This document shows positions 9,155 to 17,906 of a DNA stretch of 32,000 nt, in pieces. How positions within the stretch are numbered: position 1 is the first letter of the stretch; every line of letters starts with the position of its first letter. The DNA is from Desulfocapsa sulfexigens DSM 10523 (GTDB taxonomy: Bacteria > Desulfobacterota > Desulfobulbia > Desulfobulbales > Desulfocapsaceae): contig NC_020304.1 of the NCBI RefSeq assembly GCF_000341395.1, positions 2,100,001 through 2,132,000 of the forward strand. The letters run 5' to 3'. The position numbers were made by a program, and so were the translations under genes. The notes under the pieces were generated by a model that saw only the letters and a program-made list of their open reading frames with translations, was not told where the DNA came from and searched no databases.

Positions 9155-9813
9155 TGGTTTTCAGCTTTGTCAGGAGTTGGCAGGATATTGAGTGGCCCCA
9201 GCTGGAGTGAGTCCCATCCTCCAAGAAGGAGATGGAGCTGCCGCTTCTGCAGGAGTTTCTCTTCCTCTGGGAGGAAAGCGCGGCCGGCCAGATGATAAAT
9301 AATTGATTTAACAATCCCTTCATGGGATATAACAAGAATTCGTTTTCCAGGATACTTGCGTGGTATGTCTTTGATGACAGGCAGGGCGCGTTGTAGCACT
9401 TCTTTTCTGCTCTCCCCACCGGGTGGCCGGAAATCCCAGCCGGCACGTATCTGGGTGGCGAGTTCTTCTGGCTGTTGGTTCTTGAGTTCGCGAAACGATT
9501 TCCCCTCCCATTCTCCCCAGGCCTGTTCTCGCAAACTTTGCTTCCATTCAACCGGGACAGAATTGCAGTATTGCTGGATAATGGCCACGGTTTCCCTGAC
9601 CCTTCCAAGATCACTGGCAACAATATGATCAATAGCGTAGTTCCCGATAAACCTGCCCCAGTCGTGGACCTGCTTGCTTCCCTTGCTGGAAAGTGGTGAA
9701 TCCTGGCGTCCCTGTATTCTGCCCTCTTCGTTCCATAGGGTTTTTCCGTGACGCAGCAAAGCTATTAGCGTTTGATTCGGTTCTACAGTGTTTCCTTTAA
9801 AGAGTCTCTGCAT
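9151..9813 (-). CDS. Histidine phosphatase family protein (phosphoglycerate mutase-like)
   Basis: LLRHGKTLWNEEGRIQGRQDSPLSSKG and VISHEGIVKSIIY. 4-bp overlap with the downstream glycosyltransferase. Confidence 0.92.
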   Translation of the reverse strand: MQRLFKGNTVEPNQTLIALLRHGKTLWNEEGRIQGRQDSPLSSKGSKQVHDWGRFIGNYAIDHIVASDLGRVRETVAIIQQYCNSVPVEWKQSLREQAWGEWEGKSFRELKNQQPEELATQIRAGWDFRPPGGESRKEVLQRALPVIKDIPRKYPGKRILVISHEGIVKSIIYHLAGRAFLPEEEKLLQKRQLHLLLGGWDSLQLGPLNILPTPDKAENQ

Positions 9814-10912
9814 GGCTCATCAGAATATGTTCAAATTTGAGGTAATTGGAATGGAGGTCGTGATTTTGACGGACATGTTTTGCTGCTGCTGCTCCCATTA
9901 TAGTGCGTTGTCGTTTGTCCTGCAGTAACAGTTTGATGCGCAGGCAAAAAGAGTCTTCGTCAAAGGGTTTGGTGAGAAATGCTGTTTTGTTCTGATCGAC
10001 AATCTCAGGGATTCCACCGTTGTCAAAGGCAACGACGGGCAGGCCACAGGATTGGGCTTCAAGATATACCATCCCGAGTGATTCCCTGATTCCGGGAAAT
10101 GCAAAAAGATCTCCCCCTGAGTAGAAGCGATACATGTTCTCCCTCGCAATGCGGCCGGTAAAAATGACTCTGTCTGGGAGATGTTGATTGGCCAGTTTTA
10201 TCAGCGTTTCCCGTTCGCTGCCGTCTCCTGCAATTATCAGCTTAAACGGAACACTCTTTTTTACCAGTTTGGCTAAGGATTTTATCATCCAGGCAAGTCC
10301 CTCGGTCTTTACATCGGGACGAAACATGGCTGCGGTAAGAATGACAGGTTCTTCATCTATTTGCCACGCTCGATGCATTTTTTTTCGTTCGGTTTGATCA
10401 AAGCAAAACGATTCAGGGAAAATACCTGGTTTTATATAAGCAAGTTTTTCCGGAGGAATGATTCTTTGCAGGTTTTCCAGATCCACTTTCCTGTTGCTGA
10501 AGAGTTGATCAGCCTGCTGCAGGCTGTGGCGATTGAGATAGAACCCGATCTTTCCTTTCAATCTGCGCCTCTGTTTTGTGGAGTATATACCCTGAAAGAT
10601 ACAGTAAGGGATATTGAATTTTTTACATAATCCAGGCCCCAGCAGGTCAGGGGCTTTATAGTAGCAGTGATAGCTGAGCCATAAATCAGGGGAAAAATTC
10701 CGAAGACGCTGTGAGGTGTCTCTTCGTTCTTTGAATATTTTAATAAAACGTATTGGGTTAAGATAGATCCATCGTGTCCTGAGACTGCTTGCGATCAGCA
10801 CCTGATGTCCCTGTGCAACGAGAAAATCATGGAGCCCTGTGGCAATGATAAGGTCTCCCGAAGGATTGGAGTGATCAAGGGGCTTGAAGGGGGCGTAGAA
10901 ACAGATCCGCAT
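9797..10912 (-). CDS. GT4-family glycosyltransferase
   Basis: FKLIIAGDGSERETL...RVIFTGRIARENMYRFYSGGDLFAFPGIRESLGMVYLEAQSCGLPVVAFDNGGIPEIV. Confidence 0.92.
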   Translation of the reverse strand: MRICFYAPFKPLDHSNPSGDLIIATGLHDFLVAQGHQVLIASSLRTRWIYLNPIRFIKIFKERRDTSQRLRNFSPDLWLSYHCYYKAPDLLGPGLCKKFNIPYCIFQGIYSTKQRRRLKGKIGFYLNRHSLQQADQLFSNRKVDLENLQRIIPPEKLAYIKPGIFPESFCFDQTERKKMHRAWQIDEEPVILTAAMFRPDVKTEGLAWMIKSLAKLVKKSVPFKLIIAGDGSERETLIKLANQHLPDRVIFTGRIARENMYRFYSGGDLFAFPGIRESLGMVYLEAQSCGLPVVAFDNGGIPEIVDQNKTAFLTKPFDEDSFCLRIKLLLQDKRQRTIMGAAAAKHVRQNHDLHSNYLKFEHILMSHAETL

Positions 10913-10920
10913 ATGTAGTG

Positions 10921-12195
10921 TTACTGCGCTTTTTTTTGATTTGTTTCCAGCTGATTACGGAAGATATCACCCATTGCTGCAATGAGTCGGCGGTTGTCGA
11001 AATGTTTTTGTGTGTGTTTAATGCCACCCTGGATAAGTGTTTTTCTCAGTGGTTTGTTTTCCAGGATTTCCCGAATGTGGCCAGCCATTGTTTCAGGCTC
11101 TGATGGAGCAACTGTAATGCCGCTTGTATTATGGATGAGAATTTCAGGAATTGCAGAAACAGTGGTAGAAAGTCCCGGGACGCCCATGGCCAGACTCTCA
11201 ACCAGCACATTGGGAATGCCGTCACGATCACCGTTCCTTGCGATTTCACAGGCCAGTACAAAAAGATCACTCTCCTCGAACTGTTTGAGGACCTCCTTAT
11301 GGGTCCGGGTACCTAAACATTGACAGTGATCGGCAAGTCCGAGTTCTGTGATGAGTTTCTGGATCTTCTCTCTGTCATCTCCATCCCCGATCAGGGTATG
11401 CTGAAACTGAATGTTTTGATTTTTCAGGATTTGCAGGGCCTTGTACAGAGTTGGTAAACCTTTTTTCTCAGTCATCCGTGCAACCGTTAACAATCTGTAC
11501 GGCGGAGCGCATTCTGTATGGTCGGTCTCAGGTGAAAAGAGTTTCAGGTCAATTCCATGGTAAATACAATAAATAGGGGTGTTGAGTCCATCTGCAATGT
11601 TCTCGAGGTGTTTTCGATTGTAATCAGTACAGGTAATAACGAATTCGGCCAGCCTGATTTTTTCACGGAGCTGCTCAGGGTTTGAAGTGTAAATATCCTT
11701 TGCATGGGCGGTAAAGCTGAAGGATCTACCGGAAAGGAGTGCTGCGAACATGGTAACCGAAGTGGGGGAATGGGCAAAATGGCCATGAAGGTGGCTAAGA
11801 GTACTATCTTTCAAAAGGTGGTGATTTGTCAGGTAACCTGCCTGAAGAAGATGTTTGAACGTGGCCAGATTTGCGGTTCGTTTGTAGCGTCTGTGGGCAA
11901 GTCCAAGTCCATGCTTAAAGAGGGAAGGGCGTTTGATTGCGAGGAAAATGTTGGGCAGAAGCAGTCGGGGAAACTCAAGTAGCAGTTCGGTGGGGAGATA
12001 ATCCACCCGAGCCTGAATCTGTTTTACGGAATCATGACAAAAATTCTCCCTGGGATGACGCATGGGGAAAAGTCGCATACGAAAACCGAGCTGCTCAAGA
12101 AGTAAGATTTCGTTTGAAATAAAGGTTTCTGAAATGCGGGGATAGCCCTTAAGGATGTATCCGAGTGTGTGGACTGTCTTTGGGAAAGCGTTCAT
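10921..12195 (-). CDS. GT4-family glycosyltransferase
   Basis: HTLIGDGDDREKIQKL...CQCLGTRTHKEVLKQFEESDLFVLACEIARNGDRDGIPNVLVESLAMGVPGLSTTVSAIPEI. Confidence 0.93.
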   Translation of the reverse strand: MNAFPKTVHTLGYILKGYPRISETFISNEILLLEQLGFRMRLFPMRHPRENFCHDSVKQIQARVDYLPTELLLEFPRLLLPNIFLAIKRPSLFKHGLGLAHRRYKRTANLATFKHLLQAGYLTNHHLLKDSTLSHLHGHFAHSPTSVTMFAALLSGRSFSFTAHAKDIYTSNPEQLREKIRLAEFVITCTDYNRKHLENIADGLNTPIYCIYHGIDLKLFSPETDHTECAPPYRLLTVARMTEKKGLPTLYKALQILKNQNIQFQHTLIGDGDDREKIQKLITELGLADHCQCLGTRTHKEVLKQFEESDLFVLACEIARNGDRDGIPNVLVESLAMGVPGLSTTVSAIPEILIHNTSGITVAPSEPETMAGHIREILENKPLRKTLIQGGIKHTQKHFDNRRLIAAMGDIFRNQLETNQKKAQ

Positions 12196-13388
12196 GGGAA
12201 ATCCCTGAAATGTCCGATTCGATCCCGCATGGTGTCCAGGCCTGAGAGCTTAAAGTTAGCCATATTGCCTTTGTATTCAGTGCCTTTTTTGAGAATAGTC
12301 ACAATTTTATCTCGAAGGAACTGGGCCGAGACCTTCTTCCAGGGAAGGTGGTCAATAAGACCCTGTTCGGTGAGTTTTTCGGCCCGAATCAATTGCTCCT
12401 TGCGAGGAGTTTCTCTGGGGATGATGAGAGCTGGAGTTTGCTGACTCAGGATTTCACATATGGTGTTATATCCACCCATGGAAATGACGAGGTCGGCGGC
12501 CCCGATTAATTGTTCCATGCGTGGATGAAATGGCTGTGATTTGATGCCATATCGTTTTGCTCTTTTTTTAAGATACTCCCGGCTTGATTTTGGCATAAAT
12601 GGGCCGGTGATCATCAGAGATTTAAATGGAAGGGATGTGGGGAAAAAATCGTGCATGGAGATATAGTGTTCAAGGAGTTCACATCCGTCTCCTCCACCTC
12701 CAGTGGTGACAAGAATAAATATGTCCTCGTCAAGGATTCGGTAGCTTTTCCTGAGCTTTTTGCGGATGCTTTTCGAATTTTGTTTTCGTGGAATATATCC
12801 TGTAAAACATATCTTGGACTTGAGTGTGGAGGGGATGTTGTATTCGATTATCGGATCATAAATGTTCTGATTACCATAGACCCAGATTTCATCGTATAAT
12901 TCTTCAAGGTAGCGGTATACATCTTTGCTCTTCCAATCGTCACAAACGACGGATGATTCGTCAAGTATATCGCGAAGTCCGAGAATCGTTTTGGTATCAG
13001 GTAGAGTTTTGCGAAGCCATTGAAGTGTCGGTAGTACTTCTTTTTTTAGCCCCAGGGGTTCCTTGTCTACAATAAAAAGATCGGGCTTAAATGCCCTTGC
13101 CGTGGCACTGATGATGTTTTTTCTGATATGAAGTGCCTGGTTGGGGTCGATACGGATGGAGAGGGACTGGTATTCGTCGTTGGTCTTTTTTATCATCCCA
13201 GGAATACGCACAAAATCGACCTGCTCAGGGAGAGTAAAGCGTCCGGCGATTGGAGATCCGGTAAGGATAAGGATGTTCACCTCTTTTCCCGAAAGATGGC
13301 GGGCAATTGCCATGGAGCGTCGGATATGTCCAAGTCCGTAAGTATCATGGGAATACATAAGGATGTTGTATATGGAAGAGCGAGTCAT
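12192..13388 (-). CDS. COG4671-like predicted glycosyltransferase
   Basis: MYSHDTYGLGHIRRSMAIARHLSGKEV...; C-terminal LIGAADLVISMGGYNTICEILSQQTPALIIPRETPRKEQLIRAEKL. 4-bp overlap with the next gene. Confidence 0.85.
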   Translation of the reverse strand: MTRSSIYNILMYSHDTYGLGHIRRSMAIARHLSGKEVNILILTGSPIAGRFTLPEQVDFVRIPGMIKKTNDEYQSLSIRIDPNQALHIRKNIISATARAFKPDLFIVDKEPLGLKKEVLPTLQWLRKTLPDTKTILGLRDILDESSVVCDDWKSKDVYRYLEELYDEIWVYGNQNIYDPIIEYNIPSTLKSKICFTGYIPRKQNSKSIRKKLRKSYRILDEDIFILVTTGGGGDGCELLEHYISMHDFFPTSLPFKSLMITGPFMPKSSREYLKKRAKRYGIKSQPFHPRMEQLIGAADLVISMGGYNTICEILSQQTPALIIPRETPRKEQLIRAEKLTEQGLIDHLPWKKVSAQFLRDKIVTILKKGTEYKGNMANFKLSGLDTMRDRIGHFRDFP

Positions 13389-13431
13389 GTTGGTAATTTG
13401 TAATCTATTAGCAACATAGGGGAAAGGGAAA

Positions 13432-14007
13432 TCAGAATCTGGTATCGTTTAGTTCATCCAGATGAAGGTATTCTTTCAGGCTGAATGCAGGTTTTTCAAA
13501 AAAGGTCTTGATTTCAGTCGGAGAGAGTTCCCTTCTGTCGGCGATTTTTTTTGCGGGGACTCCTGCCCATATCTCGTAGGAACCGGGATTTTTTGTCAAT
13601 ACTGATCCAGCTCCAAGAACGAAACCATCCGGGAGGATGGATGCCTGATAGAGGACAATGGCATTTTCATGAATCCATACATCCTTTCCAAAGTATTTGT
13701 CCTGCCACACAACGCCGTGTCTTTCCTGAATGGCAAGAAGGGGTTCTCTTCCCTGGTGACAATGATCATGGGTATAAATTCTTGCCCGCGCACCTATCAT
13801 GCACCATGGACCGATATGAATGGAACCGGTGTTGTCAAGAATTGAAAAACGGCTGATTACTACATTGGTCTGACTTCCGGCTGTAGTGAAGATTTCCGGG
13901 GAGAGAATGAGCTTTCCCTTGTGGATATTGGAGTGTGGTCGCCGCCGGCATTCCTTGAGCGACGTTTCAAGTTCTGACTTAGTTTGTGAGGCTCTTTGGA
14001 ATCGCAC
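13432..14007 (-). CDS. Left-handed beta-helix acyltransferase (WcaF/LbH family-like)
   Basis: Hexapeptide-like repeats: SILDNTGSIHIGPWCMIGARARIYTHDH..., FGKDVWIHENAIVLYQASILPDGFVLGAGSVLTKNPGSYEIWAGVPAKKI. GTG start. Confidence 0.85.
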   Translation of the reverse strand: MRFQRASQTKSELETSLKECRRRPHSNIHKGKLILSPEIFTTAGSQTNVVISRFSILDNTGSIHIGPWCMIGARARIYTHDHCHQGREPLLAIQERHGVVWQDKYFGKDVWIHENAIVLYQASILPDGFVLGAGSVLTKNPGSYEIWAGVPAKKIADRRELSPTEIKTFFEKPAFSLKEYLHLDELNDTRF

Positions 14008-14077
14008 GAAGTTTTATGAGTTTAGTATCGTAGAGTATGATTCCAGGGGAAATAGTGAACGGGGTCGAGATTTATGA

Positions 14078-14632
14078 TCAAAAACTCATGGTTAATTTGT
14101 TGACAACAATGGTAATGTTGTCCACATCCGTGTAGCTGCTACTTTCTTTGAAAAGTTCACCAGTGTCCATATATCCAAAGTGGACTTCATAGGCAAAATT
14201 GTTGAGGAATTTGTAGGCAATACCAAGATCAACTTCCCATCCTATACGTTCGGTGTAATCACGGTCCTGAGCTTGGAGATTGTCGGTCAGTCCTATTGAA
14301 CTATGAAATGTGATATTGGAAGTTGGGGCGTAGGCAGTCTTCAGGGCAAATCCCTGGTAGTTGTTTTTTTTGTTTATGTTGACATGGGGACTGTTGAGGT
14401 AAAGATCTTCCCTGTTGAGAACAGTGTTCATGGCCTCAGAAGAAATATAGAGACTGTGGAAACTGACACTCTTACCTGGGTTGTTCACAGAAGAAGCATT
14501 TGAGCTTTCATCACTGAGGGTATAGGCAAGGACTCTGTATTCACCACGTTCTAATCCTTCACCACTGGCAATGGCCGTTACGGCAATGCTCAATAACAAA
14601 AAAGTAAGAAGTGTGGAGAGTAATCGTTTCAT
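14078..14632 (-). CDS. Small exported beta-barrel-like outer membrane protein
   Basis: Track ORF is 14078..14680; the more likely start is the ATG at 14630-14632 (MKRLLSTLLTFLLLSIAVTAIASG, signal peptide). Alternating amphipathic strands (FALKTAYAPTSNITFHSSIGLTDNL; FAYEVHFGYMDTGELF) and C-terminal ...NKLTMSF ending in Phe. Confidence 0.55.
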   Translation of the reverse strand: MKRLLSTLLTFLLLSIAVTAIASGEGLERGEYRVLAYTLSDESSNASSVNNPGKSVSFHSLYISSEAMNTVLNREDLYLNSPHVNINKKNNYQGFALKTAYAPTSNITFHSSIGLTDNLQAQDRDYTERIGWEVDLGIAYKFLNNFAYEVHFGYMDTGELFKESSSYTDVDNITIVVNKLTMSF

Positions 14633-14880
14633 AGAGAGTTTCAAAACAAAATTGATAAGGTACAAAAAATTTAACTCCATATTATTAATTAGGATTTATT
14701 TTGTTATAAGTCAAGGGGAAAAGCTTCGATGCTGGACTTTTTTGAAGGATGATGTTGTGTGACAGACTTGGGCAGGGGGCTCAACAGGTCTTGCTGTATT
14801 GTTGATTGCGATGAATGCTGAAGTGCGGTAAAAGTAACTAACTTTTTCTACAATTCAATCGTGTAAATTTATAGAGGTAA

Positions 14881-16476
14881 ATGATGGATAGCTCATTGAA
14901 AAAATCCGTAGTTATTTTTCTTATGTCTTTAGTGTGCTCTGTAGCAACGACGGCTGTGTTCGCAACAGAGGTACGACAGGTCGTTTTTTATCCAACGGAT
15001 GTGAGCGATGCTGGGGATTTTGCTTACCTCCGTGATAGCGTGCGACTCATGCTTGCAAGCAGACTATCCGCCGTTGCAGGCGGTGAGGTAAGGTTTGAGG
15101 ATGGAGTGAACAAGGGAAGGGATTTCACTTTTTTTAGAGTAATGAGTAGTGTCGTCAGCACCAAAGAAGGTATCCGGCTATCTGTAAAAGCCTTTAAGCC
15201 ATCTGAAGACGTTTCACTCCAATTTCAATCCATGGCAAATGAAAGCACTGAAATAATGAAGGCCTTGGACGTGCTTGTTGAGGATGTCGGTACCATGCTG
15301 TTTCAGGTAGAGCCTCCAAAAGCGATCATCAGGGAACCTGAAAAGGAGGAAAAAGATGTTGCTGATATGGGGACTAGCCACCCTGACAGGGTTTACAAAA
15401 GTACCAGCGGCTTTGGTCTTTCAATCAACCAGGATGAGTTTGTCAGCCAGACAGAAGTAGAGGTGAAGGCAACTGAAAGATATAAAAGTAAGGTTCTGCC
15501 TTTCCTGGCCAAATGTATGACTGCTGGAGATATCGATGGGGACTTGCATGATGAAATTATAGTTTCCACGAACACAAAACTGTATATTTATCGTTTGCGG
15601 GATGAAAAAATTGAGCTCCTTGATACTGTTGCTCTACCAGGAGGCTTAAAGGTTCACGCAGTAAATGTTGCAGATCTGGATAATAATGGGGTGATGGAAA
15701 TATACCTGAGTAGCACCAGAAAAGAAGAGCCTCGTTCTTCTATTCTGGAATGGCATCCTGTAACCGGAGTGAAGTGGTTATATGAAAATGTGTACTGGTA
15801 TTTGAGGCCTGTCAATATCCCGGGTGAAGGTGTGGTTCTGGCAGGACAGCAAAGCGGAGTTTCTGGAATGACAGCACCTGGTATCTATCGATTGACTGCG
15901 GGGGAAGGAGGAAAGGTTGCAGTTGGTGAACGCTTTTCGCTTCCGGAGTCAGTTGATTTGTTCGATTTTGTTTTTGCAGATTTTGGCGGGGATAAGATGG
16001 TGGAGGTTGCAACGATCAATAAGAAGGAACAGCTGCAGGTGTACAATTCTGATTTAAAGTTACTTTACACCTCACCATCTGGCTTTGGCGGCAAGGAGTT
16101 ACTCAAAGAATATACTGCCCACATTCGTCTGGTTGTCTCAGATTTTGACAACAATGGTCATGATGACATTCTTATCGTCGATAATGAGCTTTATTCTCCG
16201 GAGATGATGAATAAAACCCGTTTATATAAAAATGGTCAGGTCCGCGGCTTGAGTTGGGACGGTGTGGGGTTTGCAGAGGTGTGGCATACAAATCTTTTCC
16301 CGAATTCCATTATCGATTTTCAGTTTTTTTCTACTTCAAAGATAGATGGGGTTGGGATCGGTCGACTTTTTATTGTTGAACCTGAAAAGGGTGATCTGTT
16401 GGAAAAAATTTTCCTCGGTGCGGGAGGGAGTCGTCTGTCTGTATATGGAATGAATTTTATTCCAAAAAGGAATTAG
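14881..16476 (+). CDS. Exported FG-GAP/VCBS repeat-like protein
   Basis: Signal peptide (KKSVVIFLMSLVCSVATTAVFATE) and FG-GAP-like Ca-binding segments: AGDIDGDLHDEIIVST, VADLDNNGVMEIYLSS, VSDFDNNGHDDILIVD. Confidence 0.8.
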   Translation: MMDSSLKKSVVIFLMSLVCSVATTAVFATEVRQVVFYPTDVSDAGDFAYLRDSVRLMLASRLSAVAGGEVRFEDGVNKGRDFTFFRVMSSVVSTKEGIRLSVKAFKPSEDVSLQFQSMANESTEIMKALDVLVEDVGTMLFQVEPPKAIIREPEKEEKDVADMGTSHPDRVYKSTSGFGLSINQDEFVSQTEVEVKATERYKSKVLPFLAKCMTAGDIDGDLHDEIIVSTNTKLYIYRLRDEKIELLDTVALPGGLKVHAVNVADLDNNGVMEIYLSSTRKEEPRSSILEWHPVTGVKWLYENVYWYLRPVNIPGEGVVLAGQQSGVSGMTAPGIYRLTAGEGGKVAVGERFSLPESVDLFDFVFADFGGDKMVEVATINKKEQLQVYNSDLKLLYTSPSGFGGKELLKEYTAHIRLVVSDFDNNGHDDILIVDNELYSPEMMNKTRLYKNGQVRGLSWDGVGFAEVWHTNLFPNSIIDFQFFSTSKIDGVGIGRLFIVEPEKGDLLEKIFLGAGGSRLSVYGMNFIPKRN

Positions 16477-16528
16477 TGACAGTGATACGGGAAAGAGTAT
16501 AAAAATTTAAACTTTTTATGAAAAAAAC

Positions 16529-16557
16529 TTGACAGGAGCTTGTGCTGCAGATATCAT
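16529..16557 (+). promoter_or_regulatory. Strong sigma70-type promoter for the porin gene
   Basis: TTGACA (16529-16534), 17-bp spacer, TATCAT (16552-16557); ATG of the porin is ~100 nt downstream. Confidence 0.75.
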
Positions 16558-16660
16558 CCATTAAATTGTTTAGTAGACATGGTTGTCTTGTCACCATTGG
16601 CGAGCAGCTGAGACGACGCCTTCAGTTTGGTGAAGGTGAAAATTTAAGGAGATAAAAGAG

Positions 16661-17812
16661 ATGAAAAAAGTAATTTGCGCTGTTGCTGCTTTTGCTATGG
16701 TTGCTGGTGTCGCTACTGTTGCTTCTGCAGAGGTGAAGTTGAGTGGTGATGCCCGTGCTCGTTTAATTTACAAGGATAACGGTGTAAAAGATTCTTATTC
16801 CAAATGGGATTCTCGTTTTCGTGTTGTACTTTCAGCAAGCACTGAGAGTGGAGTTTATGGTAAAGCGCGACTTCGTTTCCTTGATGGTGGATGGGATGGT
16901 TCTGGATTGTATGCACCAAGTGGAAAAGTGGCAACAACTACCACAACGCTTCAGAATGCAGCTGGCGAGGACGTTCAAGTTCTTACCAGCCAGACAAATA
17001 ATAACGTCTGGACAGATTACGCATATTTAGGTTTTAAGACTGGTGCTCTTGATGTAAGTGCAGGACGTCAGCCAACCAACTTCTCAAAATGGTTTAGCTG
17101 GGATCAACGTGCAGACCGTCTGAAAGTAATGTACAAAGCTAACGGAATGGTTTTGGCATATACTTATGATCAGCTGAGAGAAACCAATGATTTAAATGAT
17201 GACAAGTATGTCAATGGTATAACCTATAAGCAGAAATTTAATGATTCCATTAGCATGGGCGTTCGTGCAGTATACGTTATGGATGACATGAATGATAACC
17301 GTGATGGTATCAAAGCGTCTGTAAACCTTCCAATGAACTTTGGTGGAAACCAGATTATGGTTGAGGGTTCTTATATAGAAGGTGATGTTATTAACAGTGC
17401 AGATGACGCCATGGGTGCTTATGCTTCCTGGAGTTCTAACTTCGGTTCTGTGACCCCAACTGTAATGGTTGGTATGACACAGGATGGTTACATGGCTGAT
17501 GATGATTTTGGTTGGATCATGATCGGTGCCGCCTGGGGTATCACAGAGATAGCACAGGTTGGTCAGGGTGGCGATACTATCTTTGGTGCCTTCACTGCAG
17601 ACATGGCAGTGTCTGAACAACTTTCATTACAAGGAAACTTGGTTTATATGGATGTTGATGCTGCTCTTGATGACTCTGTTATTGAGGTTTCTGGTATGGT
17701 CAACTACGAAGTAGTTAAGGGAGCAGACCTTAGTTTTAAACTTGGTTACCTTGATTATGCCGATTCTGATTCAGTAATGAATGGTGTAGTTAGATTGGAT
17801 GTTGGTTTCTAA
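16661..17812 (+). CDS. Porin-like outer membrane protein (383 aa)
   Basis: Signal peptide MKKVICAVAAFAMVAGVATVASA, then EVKLSGDARARLIYKDN..., strongly amphipathic strands throughout, terminal VRLDVGF. Good SD (AAGGAG). Confidence 0.88.
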   Translation: MKKVICAVAAFAMVAGVATVASAEVKLSGDARARLIYKDNGVKDSYSKWDSRFRVVLSASTESGVYGKARLRFLDGGWDGSGLYAPSGKVATTTTTLQNAAGEDVQVLTSQTNNNVWTDYAYLGFKTGALDVSAGRQPTNFSKWFSWDQRADRLKVMYKANGMVLAYTYDQLRETNDLNDDKYVNGITYKQKFNDSISMGVRAVYVMDDMNDNRDGIKASVNLPMNFGGNQIMVEGSYIEGDVINSADDAMGAYASWSSNFGSVTPTVMVGMTQDGYMADDDFGWIMIGAAWGITEIAQVGQGGDTIFGAFTADMAVSEQLSLQGNLVYMDVDAALDDSVIEVSGMVNYEVVKGADLSFKLGYLDYADSDSVMNGVVRLDVGF

Positions 17813-17856
17813 TTTTTAATCAACAGCAATTGTTTTACTAGATTCAGCAGTATGAT

Positions 17857-17891
17857 AAAAACGAGTTCTCATTGAGGACTCGTTTTTTTTT
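17857..17891 (+). terminator. Rho-independent terminator after the porin gene
   Basis: CGAGTTCTC-ATT-GAGGACTCG (9-bp stem with one G-U) followed by a 9-T tract; flanking A/T pairs extend the stem. Confidence 0.92.
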
Positions 17892-17906
17892 GTCCTTTAT
17901 TCTTCC

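Noticed and set aside
14686-14714. Possible minus-strand promoter (TTGACT, 17 bp, TAATTA) for the small outer membrane protein
   Set aside because: The -35 is good but the -10 matches poorly in an AT-rich region; not distinguishable from chance.
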